From the IMG/VR virus record IMGVR_UViG_2778261509_000018: a DNA stretch of 22,531 nucleotides; one strand, written 5' to 3'. Shown here piece by piece: positions 16,847-22,531 of this stretch; the first letter of the stretch is position 1, and every line of letters begins with the position of its first letter. The stretch comes from a virus (Duplodnaviria; Heunggongvirae; Uroviricota; Caudoviricetes). The notes under the pieces are model-generated. The model was given only the letters and a program-made list of their open reading frames with translations. It searched no databases and was not told the origin of the DNA. Position numbers and translations under genes: made by a program.

Positions 16847-18951
16847 TGGCTAAAGCATGGAAAGATGTTATCGCCTCTCCACAGTATCAGGCGTTAGCAC
16901 CAGAACAAAAAGCGCAGGCTCAGGAGCAATACTTCAATGAAGTCGTTGCCCCGAAAGCCGGAGAAAGTGTAGAGCAGGCTAAGCAGGCTTTTTATGCTGC
17001 CTATCCACTACCATCAACGAATGCAATAGACCGATCCCAATCAGCAACTCAAAATATTCAACATACATCATCTGATAATTCTCTTGCGTCAGGGTATGCA
17101 AAGTTAGCTACTCAGCAAAGAGAGGGGCTTGAGCGTTCAGCAGAACAGGGAGCCAGTCTTGGGGCTGCGATGCGCGATGCTATAACAGGCGAAAGCCGAA
17201 TGACTCCAGAGATGGAGAGACTGCAAAATGTCGCCTCTGCCCCAGAATTGAACTCACTAAGCATGGATGCCCTAAAGGCTGGATGGTCTCAACTTTTCGG
17301 CTCTGACGCGTCTCAGGAAAAGATTCTTCAGGGAATGGGGGCGACATTAAGGCAGGATGAGAAGGGGAATACTATCGTTTCTCTGCCATCAGGTGATTAT
17401 GCCCTGAACAAGCCGGGTTTATCACCGCAAGACCTGACCTCGTTTCTTGCTAATGCGTTGGCGTTTACACCAGCGGGCAGGGCCGGAACGGTGCTGGGGG
17501 CCATAGGAAAATCAGCAGCTACAGATTTAGCACTACAGGGAGCCACCAGCCTTGCTGGTGGAGAAGATATTGATCCGTTACAAACGGTAATTTCTGCTGG
17601 CATTGGTGGTATTGGTAAGGGGCTGGAAAATACAGCGAGTGCGGTTTCGAGGGCTGTTCGTGGTGATATGTCGCCTGAAGCAAAGGCTGCTGTCGACTTT
17701 GCATCGGAAAGAAATCTGCCGTTAATGACCAGTGACATGCTGAAAGATAAAACCTTTATGCAGAGTCAGGCTCAGACATTAGGCGAAAGAGTTCCTTTTT
17801 TTGGAACCGGTAAGAATCGGCTGAATCAACAACAAGCACGAGAAAATTTAGTCAGAACATTTAGCGATGGTCTGGGTGGCATTTCTGATAAACAGCTTTA
17901 TGAATCTGCGACTAAAGGGCAACAAAAATTCATTGAGGCAGCAGGAAAGCGATATAACCGCATAATTGACGCTATGGGGGATACCCCTGTCGATCTCTCA
18001 AACACGGTAAAAGCTATCGACAATCAGATTGCCGTGTTAAGCCGCCCGGGCAAATCTCAGGATAGAGCCGCGGTAAAAGTCTTGCAGCAATTTAAAGACG
18101 ATATCACCAGCGGACCAAATGACCTGCGTCTGGCGAGGGAAAACAGAACCGATCTTCGAAAGCGATTTATGGCGTCATCTGACACTGTTGATAAAGATAC
18201 GCTCCAGAAAGCCAGCGATATTATCTACAAGGCATATACGGCGGATATGAAAAAAGCCGTAGCCAAAAATCTTGGAGCAGACGAAGCCATTAATATGGCA
18301 AGGGTTGATCGCTCATGGTCTAAATTCAATGACATGATGGGAAGAACGCGCGTTCAAAAGGCAATAGCCAGCGGCAAGGCCACGCCTGAGGATGTAACAA
18401 AACTCGTTTTTAGCCAAAGCCCATCAGAACGTTCTCAGCTTTACAGGCTTCTGGATGACAATGGTAGGCAAAACGCACGAGCAGCCATAGTTCAGAATGC
18501 TGTAGATAAGGCGACTGATCCGTCTGGAAATATCAGTGTTGAGAAGTTTATTAATGCGTTACACCGGAACAGGAAGCAATCAGCAACTTTCTTTAAAGGC
18601 GTACATGGAAAGGAACTGGACGGCGTTATTAAATACCTCAACGATACAAGACACGCGGCAAAAGCGAACGTTCAAAACTTAAATGGTCAGCAGCTTTATG
18701 GATTGTTAGTTGGTGGTGGCATCATAAACGCAGCAGTATTAGCGGGGATGCTAAAAACGGCTGCGTTTGTTGTTCCTGCTGCTGGTGCCGTAGGCGGAGC
18801 AGCGAAGGCATACGAAAGCCCTGTTATACGAAATGCCTTGTTACGTCTGGCAAATACGCCAAAAGGTAGCACAGCATATGACAGAGCGATCAGTACGGTC
18901 ACACAATCGCTCACCAGAGTCGCACAGGCATCACAAAAAGAATCTCAATAA
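16846..18951 (+). CDS. Hypothetical Ala/Gly-rich protein (701 aa) with a C-terminal glycine-zipper hydrophobic hairpin; candidate membrane-inserting effector
   Basis: C-terminal segment LYGLLVGGGIINAAVLAGMLKTAAFVVPAAGAVGGAAKAY is about 37 mostly apolar residues with a central Lys, about 45 residues from the C-terminus; the rest is hydrophilic and A/Q/G-rich. Confidence 0.7.
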   Translation: MAKAWKDVIASPQYQALAPEQKAQAQEQYFNEVVAPKAGESVEQAKQAFYAAYPLPSTNAIDRSQSATQNIQHTSSDNSLASGYAKLATQQREGLERSAEQGASLGAAMRDAITGESRMTPEMERLQNVASAPELNSLSMDALKAGWSQLFGSDASQEKILQGMGATLRQDEKGNTIVSLPSGDYALNKPGLSPQDLTSFLANALAFTPAGRAGTVLGAIGKSAATDLALQGATSLAGGEDIDPLQTVISAGIGGIGKGLENTASAVSRAVRGDMSPEAKAAVDFASERNLPLMTSDMLKDKTFMQSQAQTLGERVPFFGTGKNRLNQQQARENLVRTFSDGLGGISDKQLYESATKGQQKFIEAAGKRYNRIIDAMGDTPVDLSNTVKAIDNQIAVLSRPGKSQDRAAVKVLQQFKDDITSGPNDLRLARENRTDLRKRFMASSDTVDKDTLQKASDIIYKAYTADMKKAVAKNLGADEAINMARVDRSWSKFNDMMGRTRVQKAIASGKATPEDVTKLVFSQSPSERSQLYRLLDDNGRQNARAAIVQNAVDKATDPSGNISVEKFINALHRNRKQSATFFKGVHGKELDGVIKYLNDTRHAAKANVQNLNGQQLYGLLVGGGIINAAVLAGMLKTAAFVVPAAGAVGGAAKAYESPVIRNALLRLANTPKGSTAYDRAISTVTQSLTRVAQASQKESQ

Positions 18952-18969
18952 CTGGTTAGCCATGGATGG

Positions 18970-19389
18970 CTAATTTTTGTTCTTTGCTCTCATCCATAGG
19001 TAAAGAAGGGAAAGAACAAGACAAAAAACAGAGAATAGATAACCTACCTCATATGGTGCGCCAAAAAAATTAGCTATTGATACGGGCAAAAAAGCTGAAG
19101 CGATCAAAATTGAAAGGCAAAAAATAAGCCCAGTAATATAGTTTATTAAATTCTTAAATGAGAAACGTTTTGCTTGATTTACGGTCTTAACGAACGATCG
19201 CTTAACGACGGATAAAAGCAAATAGATGGCGACAGTTGCTAATGCCCCTTTCCACCAGTCTGGATATAGTTTTGCGACAATCAGACCAAGTAAAACCATG
19301 ATGACAGCCTGAGCATTCACACCAACCCTCCCTTTAGCTTTGTTTAGAATGGCAATCATCATATATCCAAGACATGGCATTTGGTACAT
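18970..19389 (-). CDS. Small polytopic inner-membrane protein (139 aa, 3-4 predicted TM helices); immunity-like candidate
   Basis: Four hydrophobic stretches (AQAVIMVLLGLIVAKL, ALATVAIYLLLSVV, ITGLIFCLSILIASAFLPVSIANFF, YLFSVFCLVLSLLYLWM); AT-rich; convergent with the 701-aa gene, 19 bp downstream of it. Confidence 0.55.
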   Translation of the reverse strand: MYQMPCLGYMMIAILNKAKGRVGVNAQAVIMVLLGLIVAKLYPDWWKGALATVAIYLLLSVVKRSFVKTVNQAKRFSFKNLINYITGLIFCLSILIASAFLPVSIANFFGAPYEVGYLFSVFCLVLSLLYLWMRAKNKN

Positions 19390-19435
19390 AGCTTGGGTCG
19401 GGATTTCAAATCCGCTCCCAGTTGATGGGGCCGTT

Positions 19436-19830
19436 ACAGTACGCGCATATCCGCTTTATGTGAAACAGGAAGATTTTTCTGATATCACTGCCACAGCAAA
19501 ACACCAATTTCGAGACAAGTACGCGCGCGAGGGGTATCAGTTGCAAAAAATTTTGCAACTACGTCCGACCAGTACGCGCACGATGGAGGGGAGTACCATA
19601 AAACTGTTCTCTACATAAGTCAGAGTAGTGGTGATGTGTTGATTATCGGCGTATATGCGCACAGGACGCGCTATGACGATGTTTTATGCGGGTACACCAA
19701 TCACATGTATCTGGTGTGATAAATCGCGTTACATGACCTCTCATGTTGTGCTGGTGGTTATCACGACTTTCTGAATCTGGCCTTTGCCTGATATTTTGCG
19801 ACAAGTACGCGCGCGTAGCATCGAAATTAT
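19436..19830. repeat. Cluster of AGTACGCGC(GCG) GC-alternating palindromic repeats (copies at 19436, 19514, 19567, 19810)
   Basis: Shared core ATTTYG-N-GACAAGTACGCGCGCG at 19514-19529 and 19810-19830, containing the palindrome TACGCGCGCGTA; degenerate copies at 19436-19450 and 19567-19582; an 8-bp inverted repeat TTGCAAAA-AA-TTTTGCAA at 19541-19558 lies between copies. Confidence 0.45.
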
Positions 19831-19966
19831 CGGATGGCGTATGCTGCTGGCAATATGAAGACCGATAGTATTAACCGAAAAGCGATTAAGGAGTGCCAAC
19901 TTTTCAGTAGAGAAACTAGCCAGCATAGGAAAATGTAGAAATTACCCAATTAATAGGTAAAAGTTA

Positions 19967-20162
19967 TTGACACAGCCTGTAGTGGATAACGATATGAATA
20001 AAAACCACATATAGTGGTTTTTCGTGAGTGATGATAGTACCTATGTTAGTTTCCTAAGTAACTGTGCATTGACATGTGGATAACTTCGGATAGAGTTACA
20101 CTCAACTGAGCCCGGCCCCCTGGCTTTATCTTGTCTTAGATGAGAAATTGTTATGGCCGGGC
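19967..20162 (+). promoter_or_regulatory. Candidate promoter/leader region of the Abi gene: two TTGACA hexamers each followed by GTGGATAAC, plus a 5' leader inverted repeat
   Basis: TTGACA at 19967-19972 and 20069-20074; TGTGGATAA at 20075-20083 is the reverse complement of the DnaA-box consensus TTATCCACA; GCCCGGCC (20110-20117) pairs with GGCCGGGC (20155-20162). Confidence 0.3.
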
Positions 20163-20194
20163 CTTCTTGTATCTGGAGGTAGGAAACCTTTTGT

Positions 20195-21157
20195 ATGGCT
20201 GTTCCGGTTAAGGTTCATAAAGAATATGATGAACTTGTCGATTTATTGCTGTCTCGGGGTATGGATGTGCCAGATCGCGAACATGCTATCAAGAAAATCT
20301 CACAAGTAGGCTACTACCGATTATCAGGCTTTTGGTACCCCTGCCGAATCCCCCATATAACAACAGACAATATTAGAACCAGACTCGATCAGGTTCGTCC
20401 AGGTACTAATTTTCGCGCAGTATATGACCTCTATTTATTCGATAAAAATCTGCGTTTGCAGATGATGAATGCGTTAGAACGCATTGAGGTTTATGTTCGG
20501 TCAGTTATTGCTCATGAGCTTGGTAAGATATCTCCTTTAGCATATCTTGATGACTCGCTAATAAATCCAAAACACTTTAGACCACGTTCCCATGGTCGCC
20601 CAAGCGCCAGAGAAGAATGGATAAATAAACATAATGCCGAGATTGCTAAAAGTCGCGAAGACTTTATCAAATGGCATGAAAACAAGTACGAAGGTCTTCC
20701 TTTCTGGGTGGTTATTGAAGTGTGGGACTTCGGCTTAATGTCAAAGTATTATGCGATGCTAAAAGACAGCTATCGCAACAGGATACTATCTAGGCTAGGG
20801 ATAGCGGCAGGCAATGGAGCTATCTTCCAAAACTGGCTTAGCGCAATGAATGTGCTAAGGAATCGGTGCGCTCACCATTCACGCATCTGGAACAAGGTCA
20901 ACGAACCAAGATTAATGCCTTTGCCAAATGAGCCGTACTTTGAACAATTAAATATGAATGATGATGCGTACGAAAGAATGTACGGAATGATCGCTGTGTT
21001 ATGGTTTTTAGTGAAAAAAATTGGACCGGGATCTGACTGGATAAAAAAAGTTGCCAACCTTGTAGATAACAAGCCTAACTTACCAGGATGTAACCTGACA
21101 GCCATGGGATTACCTGATAATAACGGTTTCCCAAGGCATTTATTTGATATTGAATAA
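20195..21157 (+). CDS. Abortive infection protein, Abi_2 (AbiD/AbiF-like) family
   Basis: N-terminal ELVDLLLSRGM...YYRLSGFWYP and the signature LRNRCAHHSRIWN are characteristic of AbiD/AbiF-type Abi proteins as I recall them; 320 aa. Confidence 0.85.
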   Translation: MAVPVKVHKEYDELVDLLLSRGMDVPDREHAIKKISQVGYYRLSGFWYPCRIPHITTDNIRTRLDQVRPGTNFRAVYDLYLFDKNLRLQMMNALERIEVYVRSVIAHELGKISPLAYLDDSLINPKHFRPRSHGRPSAREEWINKHNAEIAKSREDFIKWHENKYEGLPFWVVIEVWDFGLMSKYYAMLKDSYRNRILSRLGIAAGNGAIFQNWLSAMNVLRNRCAHHSRIWNKVNEPRLMPLPNEPYFEQLNMNDDAYERMYGMIAVLWFLVKKIGPGSDWIKKVANLVDNKPNLPGCNLTAMGLPDNNGFPRHLFDIE

Positions 21158-21158
21158 A

Positions 21159-21614
21159 TTATAGCGATGGCGCTGAATGTAGCGCCACTGATAACTTTTC
21201 AGCATTGCTTCCCTGACGCTTCCACGCGCTGTAAATATCTTTATCCCATGCCTTACCAGCTTTTGTTTGATAGCCTGCTTCATTGATCCGTTCAGCTATC
21301 ACGCGCCCATTATCAAATCCCTGTCGGATGGTATCGGCAATGATCTTTATAACTGCCGTTTCGTTATATGGCTTTGGTGGGATGTTCGGCTTTCCGGCAA
21401 TAAGCGACGCAGCGGCTTTTTCCATGCGCTCCACCAGCCCAAGCATTCGTGAATCAATAGACTTTTCCGGCTGTCCCAGCTTCATGCGAATCGCATCAAC
21501 AAGCCAGGAGGTTTTATCCCCTCCAGAAGCGAGAACAGACCGATTAAACTCATCCTGCAATTCAGATGGGATGCGGAACGCGACCAGATTAGATTTGCTC
21601 ATTGCAAAGACCAT
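21159..21614 (-). CDS. Putative DNA-binding protein with an N-terminal ribbon-helix-helix (Arc/CopG-like) segment (151 aa)
   Basis: N-terminus SKSNLVAFRIPSELQDEFNRSVLASGGDKTSWLVDAI has the beta-strand plus two-helix pattern of RHH repressors; its stop is 1 nt from the Abi stop (convergent); alternative start at 21602. Confidence 0.55.
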   Translation of the reverse strand: MVFAMSKSNLVAFRIPSELQDEFNRSVLASGGDKTSWLVDAIRMKLGQPEKSIDSRMLGLVERMEKAAASLIAGKPNIPPKPYNETAVIKIIADTIRQGFDNGRVIAERINEAGYQTKAGKAWDKDIYSAWKRQGSNAEKLSVALHSAPSL

Positions 21615-21631
21615 ATCAGTGAGTAATATCC

Positions 21632-21662
21632 ATACAGTATACCACTGTATAACACTGTTATA
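21632..21662. promoter_or_regulatory. Two adjacent perfect palindromes (ATACAGT-N5-ACTGTAT and TATAACA-C-TGTTATA) in the divergent promoter region; candidate operators
   Basis: Seen directly at 21632-21650 and 21648-21662, between the divergent starts at 21614 (-) and 21767 (+). Confidence 0.4.
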
Positions 21663-21766
21663 CGCTCAAATATCAGCCAGAAAATAACGGACCAATCACA
21701 AAGCTATCGCTGTGTTGTTGGTTCAGAGCTGGGCTGTGTTGGTTCAAAATAATCTGAGAGGCAGAA

Positions 21767-22048
21767 ATGATAAGGGACAGGAAAGCTGAAGAGCTGGAGT
21801 CAAAAGGGCTATACCGGAGAGCTGCCGCACGATGGATGGAAGTCATGCTGTTATGCACCGAGGACGATGATCGGGAATGGATAAAGCGCCGCCGTGAAAC
21901 GTGTCTGGAGAACGTGAAGCGCCCGCCCGTGAAGGTTGAGGACTTTGGCGACCTGCATAAAGCTGTTACCGAAACGCAACACCGCATGGGGATAGCGCAA
22001 CCGAACGGTAACGCCTTCCGGTTAAATGGCGGCAAGAGGCAAAGGTAG
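21767..22048 (+). CDS. PerC-family transcriptional regulator-like protein (93 aa)
   Basis: KGLYRRAAARWMEVM...REWIKRRRETCL resembles the PerC/Pch signature (GLWRRAA.RW) as I recall it; hairpin CCAGAGG-N8-CCTCTGG at 22052-22073 follows the stop. Confidence 0.45.
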   Translation: MIRDRKAEELESKGLYRRAAARWMEVMLLCTEDDDREWIKRRRETCLENVKRPPVKVEDFGDLHKAVTETQHRMGIAQPNGNAFRLNGGKRQR

Positions 22049-22096
22049 ACCACCAGAGGGAAATCATCCTCTGGCTGGCGGTTTCTGGTATTTCGG

Positions 22097-22120
22097 GACA
22101 AGTACGCGCGCGCGTAGCAC
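22097..22120. repeat. Fifth copy of the GACAAGTACGCGCGCG palindromic repeat (contains TACGCGCGCGCGTA)
   Basis: Same core and same upstream context (ATTTCGGGACAAGTACGCGCGCGCGTAGCAC) as the copies at 19514 and 19810; same orientation. Confidence 0.45.
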
Positions 22121-22345
22121 CCAATCGGTGAGGAAATAGCGGCGACCTGAATGGTCAAAATCACAACGCAGCTATCCCCGTAAGCAGCGCTTAACGGAAT
22201 AGCAGTAACCTGAATCCAGTGGGGAGGGGGTAGTCAAATCTCTACAGCCCTGACTATCCGGGACTGCCCGCCCCATCGTTTTTTTATACCCGCGAAAAAT
22301 GAAATTTAATCCGGGCGTGTTTCATCCTTCCAGAGGGTATGACGT

Positions 22346-22531
22346 ATGACACCACGCGAAATAGCCTTATTGACCATCGCCAAACTTGAGCACGGAGGCC
22401 ACCAGCTTACACAGGCAGATCAACGGGAGATAGAACGATCAGTTAATGCCGATATAGCCCGGCGCGACAGGTTCCGCGAAATGATGCGAGCACCTGCCTA
22501 CCAGTGGAAGAAGCCAGCGCCGCGCAGGTAG
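22346..22531 (+). CDS. Small hypothetical protein (61 aa); stop codon is the last three bases of the window
   Basis: ORF with basic C-terminus; no motif recognised. Confidence 0.35.
   Translation: MTPREIALLTIAKLEHGGHQLTQADQREIERSVNADIARRDRFREMMRAPAYQWKKPAPRR

Noticed and set aside
17397-17738. Reverse-strand ORFs (17397-17738, 17519-17704) and 18696-18914 inside the 701-aa gene
   Set aside because: Antisense frame artefacts of an Ala/Gly-rich coding region (GC-rich codons give open antisense frames).
7811-19389. P4 sid/psu/delta capsid-redirection genes
   Set aside because: None of the ORFs after alpA resembles Psu, Sid or Delta as I recall them; the element appears to be a P4-like integrase-primase island without the P4 late morphogenesis cassette.
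19340-19618. ORF 19340-19618 (+) as a colicin-type lysis gene following the immunity-like gene
   Set aside because: The translation has no signal peptide or lipobox (L-x-x-C) and is twice the usual size; it overlaps the membrane-protein gene and the palindromic repeats.
21632-21662. LexA (SOS) box
   Set aside because: The palindromes are ACAGT-N-ACTGT-type dyads, not CTGT-N8-ACAG; the half-site order is reversed relative to the LexA consensus.

Overview
This window is a mosaic of horizontally acquired DNA carrying several defence-type modules; all calls are from reading the sequence and recalled family signatures, with no database search run. (1) A complete EcoRII-type Type II restriction-modification pair: a 477-aa C5-cytosine methyltransferase (1-1434, +) and a convergent EcoRII-like endonuclease (1469-2677, -). 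(2) An AT-rich orphan gene of unknown function (3435-4784, -) isolated by long non-coding flanks. (3) A 46-bp 3' fragment of tRNA-Thr(CGU) (5310-5355) with no 5' half, immediately followed by a P4-family tyrosine integrase (5521-6735), AlpA, an antirepressor-like gene, an Icd-like gene, a chain of small translationally coupled ORFs and a P4 alpha-type primase-helicase (11114-13465), with two iteron clusters downstream. (4) A cargo region containing the most interesting candidate: a three-gene operon (15202-18951) of unknown function whose 701-aa product ends in a glycine-zipper hydrophobic hairpin, followed by a convergent small polytopic membrane protein (18970-19389, -), an arrangement reminiscent of pore-forming toxin/immunity pairs. 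(5) An Abi_2 (AbiD/AbiF-like) abortive-infection gene (20195-21157), a tightly convergent ribbon-helix-helix-like gene, a PerC-like regulator, and a family of GC-alternating palindromic repeats that bracket this module. No rRNA, intact tRNA, CRISPR array or transposase was recognised.
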